Positions 51,732-60,346 of a stretch of DNA of 64,000 bases are shown here, one piece after another. Position 1 is the stretch's first letter; each line of letters begins with the position of its first letter. The DNA is from Clostridia bacterium. GTDB lineage: Bacteria > Bacillota > Clostridia > Oscillospirales > Acutalibacteraceae. Both the position numbers and the translations under genes were made by a program. The stretch lies in contig JAFXCT010000039.1 in assembly GCA_017521365.1 (NCBI GenBank), positions 12,433 through 76,432 on the forward strand, read 5' to 3'. Below the pieces are notes generated by a model. The model worked only from the letters and a program-made list of their open reading frames with translations, was not told the origin of the DNA and did not search any database.

Positions 51732-51970
51732 AGATGTCACTCCGTTTAAAATATAATTGTTTTTGCTATGTTACCATTTTTTTACTTTGAAAATCAATGA
51801 ATATTTTATTAATAATTCTTTCTTTAAGAAATTCGTAATTAGAAACAATTAGAAGTGCAGTTTTTTGTGAAAATTATATATAATAATTATGATATTTTGT
51901 ATAAATCGGTTGTGGACAAATATTTCCTTTATGATATAATAAATTTTATTATAGTCAAAGGAGAATAAAA

Positions 51971-52816
51971 ATGCTTGCGATTATCAACAAAATAATAACT
52001 TTGATTCTTGTTCCGATTTATATGTGCCCGTGGCTGCCCTGCCTTAACGTAGTTAAGCTTTTCAACCAGCCCAAGGAGCTCATTTCGCTCAGCGAGTACG
52101 GCGTCGGCACGGCTGACGACCCCGTTTACCTCACCGCACACAGGGGCGTTACTGCGCGTGCGCCCGAAAATACAGTTCCCGCTTACGAGGCTGCTGTTGA
52201 GCTGGGCTACTACACAGCCGAGTGTGATATCCGCCTTACCAAGGATAACGAGTGGGTGCTTATTCACAACAGCTCGATTGATACCTGGTATTGCCAGACC
52301 GGCGAGGTTTCGGAGTTTACGCTTGCCGAGCTCAAGACCTTCAGCTATAAATGGGGCGTTAACTTCTGGCAGGAGGGGCTGACAATTCCCACGCTTGACG
52401 AATACCTCGACGTTTTCGTCGGCACAAGCACCCGTCCGCAGATTGAAATTAAGGGCGACAATTACGATTTGCTTTACAAAATAGTTGATTCCGTAAAGGC
52501 AAAGGGCCTTAAAGAACAGGCGATTATTATTTCATTTGACCTTGAACAGCTTAAGAAAATCCGTGAGCTTGATGCCGATATTGAGCTGTGGTATCTCATT
52601 GACGAAATTACCCCCAAGACCATTGAAGAAGCAAAGTCACTCGGCAGCAACGTATGGCTTTCACCCGATTTTGAGGATAACACAACGGAAAGCATACAGC
52701 TTGCAATTGATGCAGGCGTTCCGGCTTCCTTCTGGACGGTGAATACCGTTGAGGAAGCAAAAATGCTCTACGATATGGGTATCAGATATATAGAAACCGA
52801 TATCCTCTGCAATTGA
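51971..52816 (+). CDS. glycerophosphodiester phosphodiesterase, N-terminally anchored
   Basis: 281 aa with a TM start, then LTAHRGVTARAPENT, ECDIRLTKDNEWVLIHN. Confidence 0.85.
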   Translation: MLAIINKIITLILVPIYMCPWLPCLNVVKLFNQPKELISLSEYGVGTADDPVYLTAHRGVTARAPENTVPAYEAAVELGYYTAECDIRLTKDNEWVLIHNSSIDTWYCQTGEVSEFTLAELKTFSYKWGVNFWQEGLTIPTLDEYLDVFVGTSTRPQIEIKGDNYDLLYKIVDSVKAKGLKEQAIIISFDLEQLKKIRELDADIELWYLIDEITPKTIEEAKSLGSNVWLSPDFEDNTTESIQLAIDAGVPASFWTVNTVEEAKMLYDMGIRYIETDILCN

Positions 52817-52843
52817 TTACAGCCAGCTTAAGGAGAAATTACA

Positions 52844-53866
52844 ATGAATATTTTAGACGTACTTATGCTTTTTAAAAACGTTTATCACGCTCTGCTTTCC
52901 GTTATCGTTGCACTTCCCCTTGTTTTCACAATGGGTGCAGACGACAAAGCAGGCACCGAGGTCGTTATTAATGAAAACGCAACCAATCCTTATATTGTCG
53001 AATACAAAAACCCCGATATTTCTGCTCACCGTTCGGGTGCCGGCGTAGCACCGCAGAACACGCTTATGGCGTTTGAAACGATGCTGGCAAATAACGAGGA
53101 ATACGGCGTTGACACCTTTGAATTTGACGTTCAGCTTACCGCTGACGGCGAGCTTATAGTCCTTCACGACCTTACTTACGATTCAACCACGAACGCGGTC
53201 GAGGTTTATGGCCACGATTCTGTTTATGCCTCCGACCTTACTCTTGCCGAGGCAAAGCAGCTCAATATGGGTGAAAACTTCCAGCTCAACGGCGAATATC
53301 CCTACAGAGGTCTTCGCGGCGACGATATTCCCGACAACCTGCGTGTTCCCACCTGTGAGGAGGTTATCGACCTTATTGAAGCCAATGCCGAGGGCAGAGA
53401 ATTCCGCTACATTATCGAAATCAAGAGCACCGGTACGCAGGGCTTTGAGGCGGCGGACAAGCTCTATGAGCTCGTTTACGAAAAGGGTATAGAGGACAGA
53501 GCAATCTGGGCGTCCTCCAAGCTTGCCGTTTCCTATTATATGGAAAACAAATATCCCGAGATGCCCCGTTCGGCAGGTGTTATCGAGGTTCTTCAGTTCT
53601 ACATTTACGCAAGAATGGATTGGGATTTGAACGATGTTAACCCCACCTACGTTGCGCTTCAGATTCCCTATGGCGACAGCGCAGCAGGCGGTATCATCAA
53701 CCTGGGCACAAAGCAGTGCATCAACTACGCCCACAAGTACAACATTGCTGCACAGTACTGGACTATCAACGATGCCGAAGCGGTTGAGTACCTCACCAAT
53801 AACGGCGCAGACTGTATTATGTCCGACTACCCCGATATGGTAAACGATATCGTCAACGGTAAATAA
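52844..53866 (+). CDS. glycerophosphodiester phosphodiesterase, N-terminally anchored
   Basis: 340 aa with a TM start, then ISAHRSGAGVAPQNT, EFDVQLTADGELIVLHD. Confidence 0.85.
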   Translation: MNILDVLMLFKNVYHALLSVIVALPLVFTMGADDKAGTEVVINENATNPYIVEYKNPDISAHRSGAGVAPQNTLMAFETMLANNEEYGVDTFEFDVQLTADGELIVLHDLTYDSTTNAVEVYGHDSVYASDLTLAEAKQLNMGENFQLNGEYPYRGLRGDDIPDNLRVPTCEEVIDLIEANAEGREFRYIIEIKSTGTQGFEAADKLYELVYEKGIEDRAIWASSKLAVSYYMENKYPEMPRSAGVIEVLQFYIYARMDWDLNDVNPTYVALQIPYGDSAAGGIINLGTKQCINYAHKYNIAAQYWTINDAEAVEYLTNNGADCIMSDYPDMVNDIVNGK

Positions 53867-53918
53867 GATAATATTATTAAAAGCTCTCTCGTTCAATCGA
53901 ACAAGGGAGCTTTAATAA

Positions 53919-54461
53919 TTAATTCCACAGCATCGGAAAATTTTCCGCAATAAATTTACTCATCGGATTATTCATATCATTTTTCAGGCCGTTTTTTTCA
54001 ATAGTGCTTCTCATATCGTCAAGCACAAAAGCCATTTCCTTTTCCGGTATGCGGTCAAAAGGTTTTATATCGAATAAACCTTCTTTCCGGTACTCGGCAA
54101 ATTTTTCATAAATATCTTTAATTTCAATGCAATTACATACCTTGACAGGGCTTTCGGTTGTGTAGGCGCAGTTGATTGCCGTTGCGTTTTCTGTTCCGTC
54201 CTCAACCTCACATTCGTAAAGAAAGCCCGTTTTGCCTTGGTAAAGCTTTTTGAAGCAGTCCTCGAAGTATTCGCTGTAAATAACCTTGCCTGAGTCAAAG
54301 CCGTAGGGGTAAAAGCTGAAAGGCTTGGGCACGGGCTTAACAGCGTACAGCAAAGCAACAACAGGGTTGCTCGATAAATAAACATAGGCCTTTCCGTGTT
54401 CGGATAAAAACGGCTTCAATTGAGTCAGACCACCGACACAGGAACCGTGATATAAAAGCAT
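53919..54461 (-). CDS. hypothetical protein with an LYHGS...YVYLSS...YECEV pattern (possible ART-fold / DUF3990-like)
   Basis: 180-aa ORF with RBS AAGGAG, 21 nt downstream of the PPase-like gene. The functional idea is an inference (see findings). Confidence 0.5.
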   Translation of the reverse strand: MLLYHGSCVGGLTQLKPFLSEHGKAYVYLSSNPVVALLYAVKPVPKPFSFYPYGFDSGKVIYSEYFEDCFKKLYQGKTGFLYECEVEDGTENATAINCAYTTESPVKVCNCIEIKDIYEKFAEYRKEGLFDIKPFDRIPEKEMAFVLDDMRSTIEKNGLKNDMNNPMSKFIAENFPMLWN

Positions 54462-54482
54462 TTCATTCTCCTTAAAACGTGT

Positions 54483-54827
54483 TTATCTGCGTATCAAAAC
54501 ACCTTTCATAAACTGTGTTTCGTTGTGTGTTTCATATACGATTGACTTTTCTTCCTCTGTGCATCCGATTAATATTTTAATTTCTGAATCTTTCTTCATC
54601 AAATCAACAATGCACATTATTGCATCAACCTTCTTTTCGCCGCTTCCGACCCATACGTCTATTCCCGCACCGTCCATAGATGACGTGTCCTTCAGATATC
54701 CGTAATCTACCCGATAAACGAAATCGGGATATTTCGGGTGTGAAGTTCCTTTGGGTCTGTCAATCACAATTTCCGAATTGCTTACCAATTCGTCTAATGT
54801 ATTCCAGAACTCTGTATCATAGTGCAT
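54483..54827 (-). CDS. small inorganic-pyrophosphatase-fold protein with a degenerate metal-binding signature
   Basis: 114 aa. IDRPKGTSHPKY, VDYGYLKDT and MDGAGIDVWV parallel the family I PPase blocks (E-x-PKG-x-x-KYE, YGFIPxT, DGDPxDV), but with substitutions. Confidence 0.6.
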   Translation of the reverse strand: MHYDTEFWNTLDELVSNSEIVIDRPKGTSHPKYPDFVYRVDYGYLKDTSSMDGAGIDVWVGSGEKKVDAIMCIVDLMKKDSEIKILIGCTEEEKSIVYETHNETQFMKGVLIRR

Positions 54828-54842
54828 ACAATCACTTCCTTT

Positions 54843-55046
54843 GTGATGATTATACTGTAAAGTTTGCTAAAAATCAAGGCGAAGCCTTGTATATCATCAA
54901 TTCCGTAGGAATTGCATATCATCAAAACTTTAGTTTTGTATATCATCATTGCGAAAGCAAGTATACAGCCTGCTGCTGATGATATACACACTTCGTGTGA
55001 TGATATACGCCTGACGGCGATGATATGCCATTGCTTTCGCAATGGA
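54843..55046. repeat. mirror array B: 10-11-nt word (TATATCATCA / TGATGATATAC) alternating with unrelated mini-hairpins
   Basis: Left-arm words start at 54890, 54915 and 54938. The centre is gtatac (54961-54966). Right-arm words start at 54977, 54998 and 55018. An extra copy lies at 54845. The mini-hairpins are caaggcgaagccttg, aattccgtaggaatt, ttgcgaaagcaa, acacttcgtgt, gcctgacggc and ccattgctttcgcaatgg. Confidence 0.8.
54849..54877 (-). promoter_or_regulatory. promoter of the 54827..53919 two-gene operon
   Basis: On the minus strand: TTGATT, 17-nt spacer, TATAAT. The -10 lies inside a copy of the array-B word. Confidence 0.6.
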
Positions 55047-55080
55047 TAAAAAAGTCCGACAAGTTTTAACTTGTCGGACT
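55045..55080 (-). terminator. intrinsic terminator after tRNA-Ala
   Basis: agtccgacaagt ttta acttgtcggact, with a T-run on the minus strand. Confidence 0.7.
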
Positions 55081-55084
55081 TTTT

Positions 55085-55160
55085 TGGTGGACCCGAAGGG
55101 GATTGAACCCTCGGCCTTACGGATGCGAACCGTACGCTCTCCCAGCTGAGCTACGGGCCC
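55085..55160 (-). tRNA. tRNA-Ala (anticodon CGC), CCA encoded
   Basis: 76 nt. GGGCCCGTAGCTCAGCTGGGAGAGC..., a G3:U70 pair in the acceptor stem, anticodon stem TACGG/CCGTA with loop TTCGCAT, T-loop GGTTCAATCC. Confidence 0.85.
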
Positions 55161-55180
55161 GGATGTAATTTTGTAAATAG

Positions 55181-55210
55181 ATTATAAAACAATATTAATA
55201 TTTTTGTCAA
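55181..55210 (-). promoter_or_regulatory. promoter for tRNA-Ala
   Basis: On the minus strand: TTGACA, 18-nt spacer, TATAAT, ending about 20 nt before the tRNA. Confidence 0.5.
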
Positions 55211-55213
55211 CCC

Positions 55214-55242
55214 TTGCAATGTGTAAAAAGATGTAGTATAAT
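55214..55242 (+). promoter_or_regulatory. promoter for mltG
   Basis: TTGCAA, 17-nt spacer, TATAAT. Confidence 0.55.
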
Positions 55243-55266
55243 TACACAGTATGTTGGAGGATGAGA

Positions 55267-56070
55267 ATGAAAAGGACTTTAACCGTAATTCTTGCGTTAC
55301 TATCCGTATTTTCTCTTTTCGGCTGTTCGGCTGAAAAAATAAAAGAGGAGTTTCGCCCGACCACTACCGCCATTCCCACCGTCAGTGTTATGTTTCCCGA
55401 GGGCTCAACTGTCAGCGAAATTGCCGCCCTTTTAGAGCAGAACGGTGTCTGTGCCGCGGCGGACTTTATGGCGGCTGTCAATGCGCCGGAGGGTGACTAT
55501 TACTTTATCGAGGGCATAGACAATCCCGAGGAAAGACCTTTTCTGCTTGAGGGATATATTTTCCCCGATACCTACGAATTCTATTTCGATATGAATCCGC
55601 AGGCGGTGTTAAAGAAATTCCTTGATAATTTTGAAAATAAGCTAACTCAGGCGGATTTTGACCGTGCTGCTGAGCTTGGCTACACGCTTGACGAGGTTAT
55701 CCGCATAGCTTCAATTATTCAGGAGGAAGCGCTTGACCCCGAGATGAAAAAGGTTTCCTCCGTGCTTCACAACAGGCTCGATTCAGCCTACGGTAAGCTT
55801 GAGTGTGACGTAACTGTTTTCTACCTTCGCAATTCCGTCGAGCCCTATGTTGAGGATATTTCCGTTTACAGCGAGCTTTATAATGCGTATAAGCGTGTCG
55901 GATTACCGGCAGGGCCTATTACCAACGTCGGCAGAAATGCAATTGAAGCGGCGCTTTACCCCGAGGATACCGACTATTACTTCTTCCTTACGGATAAGGA
56001 TATGAACTATCACTATGCCGTAACGTGGAAGGAACACAGCGCAAACGTCGATAAGTATATCGAAGATTAA
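55267..56070 (+). CDS. mltG: endolytic transglycosylase MltG (YceG-like)
   Basis: ATG at 55267 is better spaced from GGAGG than 55261. LEGYIFPDTYEF, IIQEEA, YNAYKRVGLPAGPITNVG are YceG hallmarks. The N-terminus has the lipobox LFGC. Confidence 0.85.
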   Translation: MKRTLTVILALLSVFSLFGCSAEKIKEEFRPTTTAIPTVSVMFPEGSTVSEIAALLEQNGVCAAADFMAAVNAPEGDYYFIEGIDNPEERPFLLEGYIFPDTYEFYFDMNPQAVLKKFLDNFENKLTQADFDRAAELGYTLDEVIRIASIIQEEALDPEMKKVSSVLHNRLDSAYGKLECDVTVFYLRNSVEPYVEDISVYSELYNAYKRVGLPAGPITNVGRNAIEAALYPEDTDYYFFLTDKDMNYHYAVTWKEHSANVDKYIED

Positions 56071-56121
56071 TTTGTAACAATGCCTGTAAAGGCATTAAAT
56101 ATGAAAGGAGAATTCCCCGAT

Positions 56122-57039
56122 ATGAAAAAACTTCTTGCGCTTCTTCTTGCCGCTGCAATGCTCCTTAGCTTTGCTGCCTGCGGTGAGAAAGAGCCCGACC
56201 CCGTAACAGACGAATCCACCACACTCGCTGACGAAACACTCGACGCAAACGCTACAGAGGCTCCCTCTGCAGATGCAACAGAGTCCGCAACCGGCGAAAC
56301 AGAGCCTGCTTCCGTTGAGGATGCTACTGGCGAAGAATCAACAGCTGCTGACGAATCAACATCAGCCGAGGAAACAACAGCACCCGTTATGCCCGTTTCC
56401 AAGGACGAAATCATTTCCTACTACAACACAGCAGTAAACAAGGCTGTTGCTGCAAAGGTTGGCTTTAACAAGGTTCGTTACGTTGACAACGAGCAGCTCA
56501 ATGCAGGCTTCCTTCTCAAGACATTCGGTGACATCCTGTATCAGTTTATGGGCATCGGCGCCGAAAACAAGTACACAATGGACGTTACCAAGGGTCAGTG
56601 GGAATCCGACCTTCCTCACCAGTACCTTCGCAAGAGCACTCTTACAGCTGCTGACGTTACAAATGCAACTTGCACAGCTAACGGCACTCAGTACACAATT
56701 GTAATGGATGTCAAGGGCGGCAAGAGTTATGCTGACAAGAATTCCAAGTCCAACAGCTCTCCCATCGACAAGTGCGGTATCTGCGTTGGCGATGCTGACA
56801 AGAGCTATTACGACCACAAGACAGCTATCGTTATTTACGATGCAATTGACGATGTTCTTGGCGGCGCAAAAATCAGCGAGAGCTACAACAACGCAAAGGT
56901 TAAGGCTGTTATCGATTCAACAACAGGTCATCTTGTAAGCCTTACTGTTGAATATAATATCAGCGTTGTTATCGATGCAGCAGGCGGCGGTAACGCAACC
57001 GGTTCATCACACGTTATCTACAAGAACTTCAAGTATTAA
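56122..57039 (+). CDS. lipoprotein with an acidic Thr/Glu/Ala-rich linker, function unknown
   Basis: ATG at 56122 after AAAGGAG gives MKKLLALLLAAAMLLSFAAC (lipobox). Confidence 0.55.
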   Translation: MKKLLALLLAAAMLLSFAACGEKEPDPVTDESTTLADETLDANATEAPSADATESATGETEPASVEDATGEESTAADESTSAEETTAPVMPVSKDEIISYYNTAVNKAVAAKVGFNKVRYVDNEQLNAGFLLKTFGDILYQFMGIGAENKYTMDVTKGQWESDLPHQYLRKSTLTAADVTNATCTANGTQYTIVMDVKGGKSYADKNSKSNSSPIDKCGICVGDADKSYYDHKTAIVIYDAIDDVLGGAKISESYNNAKVKAVIDSTTGHLVSLTVEYNISVVIDAAGGGNATGSSHVIYKNFKY

Positions 57040-57054
57040 TCCGAATACATAAGC

Positions 57055-57091
57055 AAAAGGCACTCCCGTCAACCGAGACGGGAGTGCTTTT
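57055..57091. terminator. bidirectional terminator between convergent genes
   Basis: Stem gcactcccgtc/gacgggagtgc flanked by A- and T-runs. Confidence 0.75.
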
Positions 57092-57094
57092 ACT

Positions 57095-59806
57095 TTATTT
57101 GGGCTGTTTTATATATTGTATCTGCCATAAGTCAAGGTCGCCGATTGTGATATATCCTTTTTCGAGTGCTTCCTTGGCTGTCATCTGTGTTCCGTTTACG
57201 AATGTGACTATTACGTAATCGTTTCGTATCGACGGATAGGAATATACGTATTCGTCGTCTTCGTAAAACGGCTGTAAGGCTGAGTCGGTTGTAAGCTGTT
57301 GCGTTACCGTTAAATCCTCAATTGAGGTAACAAGAGTTGTGCTGCTGTTAAGCTGTGCGTCAAAACTGATGCAGCTTTTGACATCATCCTTCTTCGCTGT
57401 ATACGTCAGCATCCAGCCTGCCTCCATAGTTTCAACCTCTTGCGGGTTGTTAGCCTGCTTTACGTGAATGATGAAATGCTTGCCGTCGTTGTAAACGCTG
57501 TCAACGGCAAAGCGGTACGTACAGTTGGAGCAGTGAACGAATACCGCAAACAGTACGTTTTCTTCAAAGAAAGCCTCGTCATACTGCGCTAAAACCGTGT
57601 TGACACTCGGCACTTCATTCCAGCCTGAATCAAGCGCAATTTTGTTACCGTTTGCGGAAACGAATCTGTCAATTTCCTTGCGGCTTTCAAATTTGTATAT
57701 CGGCAGGTGCTGAATACTGCTGATGTACGCCTTGTCTGCATTAAGTCCGCCCGAAGGTATTCGGCTGCCCGTAAATGCAACGGCGGTTTGGGGATAATTC
57801 TTCGGTGCAACAGGCTGTTGCACGTTTGTCGTTTCAGGCGGCAGTTCTTTTGTCGGGGCTTCAGTTACGCGTGTGTCAGACGGATACGTTTCGTAATCGG
57901 GTAATTCTGTTGTTTTGTCGTGTTCTTCAAGAAGGTTTTTGTAGTATTTTATGCTGTTTTTGTTCAGCTCAAACTCAACCGATACCGTTATTTCCTCACC
58001 GTCAAGAGTGCCCTTGCTTTCAAAACGGTATCTGCCTTTTTCGCTCAGGTCCATAAAGTCAAGGCTGTATTTCTTGAACGAAAAGCTTTGCGCCTCAATA
58101 TAATAGCCGATGGCGTTAAACGTAAAATCAATATCGCTCGGCTTGCGGCAGTCAACCCATTTACCGTTCTCATTGCGGTAAATGTAAAAGTCTTCGCCTA
58201 TAGTCAGCCTCTTGTCGCTCATATTATCCCAACGGATGTTGATATACGGAGAAGTGTCCGTTGTGAGTATGTTGGTTATTTCCGCTTTGATTTCAGGATT
58301 GGTCGAGCTTGCGTTTTGGCTTTTTACATACAGATTATTGAAGCTTCTGTCATTTGTGTATTGAATTATGCTGCAGCAAACCGATATTAAAATATGGTCT
58401 TGTGCGCTTTCGTAAACGTCTTTGCTTATTGTTATTACGAACTGATTATCAGGCCCCATTGAGCGCAAATCAACCGCATTTTCGTATTGTGTTGCGCTGT
58501 CCGATACCTTACTGCTTGCAAGGCTTATGCCGTCCGTGAAGCCGCTGTAATCCTTGCAAACCGTTGAAAGGATAAAGCCGTCTTTGTCGGGCTCGTGCGC
58601 CATATTGAATAACAGATATATTTGGTCTTCTCTGTCGCTTACTGGCGTAACTTTTTCAAGATAAACGGCTGATGCTTTACCGTACTGAAATACCGTAATC
58701 TTGTTTTTGCCGTAGCTGTGTTCACGGGTAACCTTTTCGGGCAGCTTGTCAAGCGGAACTATTAAGGTAATCAGCGCTCTTTCCTGCGCCGTTATGGTAA
58801 AGCCCTGCTCGTTCATAATTCTGTCGTAGTTTACCGAAATCGGGTTTGTCATAAAGCAGACCGCAACGGCAATGCTCAGTATAACCGCAACAATAATAAC
58901 CCAAAACGCAGGCTTTTTGTAGCTGAGCACGGATTTCACCCTGTCCTTTACGCCGACCTCACCGAAGGCGAGAGGGCAGGCGGTGATGATTTTCCTCGGT
59001 GTACTGCAGTTTATAAGGGCAAGCGAGTACGGCTTTTTGATTTCCGTGCCCATTTCCTTGATAACCCTTTCGTCGCAGGCAAGCTCAATATCCCTGCAAA
59101 GCAGTATATATGCAAGCCACATTGCAGGGTTGAGCCAGTAAACACTCAGCAGCACAAAGCCAAGCGGTTTCCAGATGTGGTCTTTTCGCTTTAAATGTGC
59201 CGTTTCGTGCGCAATGACGTAGCTCATATCCTCCTCGCTCAGATAAGAGGGGATGTAGATTCTGGGCTTGATTATCCCTAAAATAAACGGTGTCGGAATA
59301 CTGTCGCAAAGGAAAACGTTATCCCGAAGCCGTACGGATGTCCTGACTTTTCTGCGGATAATTATATAGCTTATGAGTGCGTAAAGCAGCATTGCCGCAA
59401 TACAGATAAGCCACAAAAACTCCAGCTGAATCAGGTCAATGCCGACACTGCTTACGGGTGCATCGAATTCCTGCGTTACCGTTTCGGGGTAATTCGGGTT
59501 TGTGATAATATCCATTGTGAATTTGTCGTGCTGTGTTTCCTGGCTGAAAATTGCCTCCTGCGGTATTGTTTCTCCGCTTGGTACAAGGCTGAGTGTGCTT
59601 TCAAGCGAAAACGGTAATATAAGCCGTATTGCAACCAGTCCCCACAACGCAGCAATAAGCGACTTCGGTGCTTTTTTCAATACAAAACGCAGTAACACGA
59701 TTGCAAGTATCAGAAACGTTGCGGATATGCTGACGTTAAGCGAGCGGTAGTAAAAATCATTTACAAACCAATCAACGGCAGTCGGGATTATATTAAAAAT
59801 ATCCAT
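57095..59806 (-). CDS. BlaR1/MecR1-type M56 peptidase membrane sensor with a long non-canonical C-terminal domain
   Basis: VIAHETAHLKRKDHIWK zinc motif after 4 TM helices. ATG at 59806 is preferred (GAGG 10 nt upstream); GTG at 59812 is the alternative. Confidence 0.85.
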   Translation of the reverse strand: MDIFNIIPTAVDWFVNDFYYRSLNVSISATFLILAIVLLRFVLKKAPKSLIAALWGLVAIRLILPFSLESTLSLVPSGETIPQEAIFSQETQHDKFTMDIITNPNYPETVTQEFDAPVSSVGIDLIQLEFLWLICIAAMLLYALISYIIIRRKVRTSVRLRDNVFLCDSIPTPFILGIIKPRIYIPSYLSEEDMSYVIAHETAHLKRKDHIWKPLGFVLLSVYWLNPAMWLAYILLCRDIELACDERVIKEMGTEIKKPYSLALINCSTPRKIITACPLAFGEVGVKDRVKSVLSYKKPAFWVIIVAVILSIAVAVCFMTNPISVNYDRIMNEQGFTITAQERALITLIVPLDKLPEKVTREHSYGKNKITVFQYGKASAVYLEKVTPVSDREDQIYLLFNMAHEPDKDGFILSTVCKDYSGFTDGISLASSKVSDSATQYENAVDLRSMGPDNQFVITISKDVYESAQDHILISVCCSIIQYTNDRSFNNLYVKSQNASSTNPEIKAEITNILTTDTSPYINIRWDNMSDKRLTIGEDFYIYRNENGKWVDCRKPSDIDFTFNAIGYYIEAQSFSFKKYSLDFMDLSEKGRYRFESKGTLDGEEITVSVEFELNKNSIKYYKNLLEEHDKTTELPDYETYPSDTRVTEAPTKELPPETTNVQQPVAPKNYPQTAVAFTGSRIPSGGLNADKAYISSIQHLPIYKFESRKEIDRFVSANGNKIALDSGWNEVPSVNTVLAQYDEAFFEENVLFAVFVHCSNCTYRFAVDSVYNDGKHFIIHVKQANNPQEVETMEAGWMLTYTAKKDDVKSCISFDAQLNSSTTLVTSIEDLTVTQQLTTDSALQPFYEDDEYVYSYPSIRNDYVIVTFVNGTQMTAKEALEKGYITIGDLDLWQIQYIKQPK

Positions 59807-59808
59807 AA

Positions 59809-60171
59809 TCACTTCACCTCATATTCGTCAACCAGCCGTCTTAATTCGCTTACTTCCTTTTGTGTCAGTTTTTTCCGTGAGGTAAATGCGGCGAGAAAAG
59901 CGGGGAGTGAGCCTTCAAAGGTTTCCTCGACAAACTTTTCACTCTGAATTGAGTAAAACTCCTCACGGCTTAATTTTGCCGTTACCGTGCTGCTTTCGGT
60001 TTGAAATATTCCTCTTTCGCACAGCTTTTTCAGCACGGTGTAGGTGGTCGTGCGCTTCCAGTTAAGCTCTTTTTCGCAAAGCGAAACGAGCTCCTTCGTG
60101 CTTAAAGGCTCGTTTTGCCACACGATGTCTGCAAAGCGGCTTTCAACAACTCCCAATTTCATTTCATCCAT
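59809..60171 (-). CDS. BlaI/MecI/CopY family transcriptional repressor
   Basis: 120 aa with a winged-helix pattern (WQNEPLSTKELVSLCEKELNWKRTTTYTVLKKLCERG). RBS AAAGGAGG. Confidence 0.9.
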   Translation of the reverse strand: MDEMKLGVVESRFADIVWQNEPLSTKELVSLCEKELNWKRTTTYTVLKKLCERGIFQTESSTVTAKLSREEFYSIQSEKFVEETFEGSLPAFLAAFTSRKKLTQKEVSELRRLVDEYEVK

Positions 60172-60194
60172 ATATGTAAATCCTCCTTTTGCGT

Positions 60195-60238
60195 GTCTAT
60201 CGGTGATAGACTACATCTGCAGTCTATCACCGATAGAC
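60195..60238. promoter_or_regulatory. candidate dual operator: two 17-bp palindromes GTCTATCnnnGATAGAC
   Basis: gtctatcggtgatagac (60195-60211) and gtctatcaccgatagac (60222-60238), with centres 27 bp apart. With one flanking base on each side (60194-60239) they form a perfect 19-bp-arm inverted repeat. Confidence 0.6.
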
Positions 60239-60249
60239 AGTCTTGTCAA
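60221..60249 (-). promoter_or_regulatory. candidate promoter of the blaI-blaR1-like operon overlapping the operator
   Basis: On the minus strand: TTGACA, 17-nt spacer, TAGACT. Confidence 0.4.
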
Positions 60250-60285
60250 TAGTTTTATGAAATTTGCAGGCAGAAAAAATTGTTG

Positions 60286-60314
60286 TTGCTAAACTGAAAA
60301 AACAATAGTAAAAT
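60286..60314 (+). promoter_or_regulatory. candidate promoter of the divergent membrane-protein gene
   Basis: TTGCTA, 17-nt spacer, TAAAAT. Confidence 0.45.
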
Positions 60315-60346
60315 GTAAGCATAAATAACAGGAGGTAATTCAAGCT

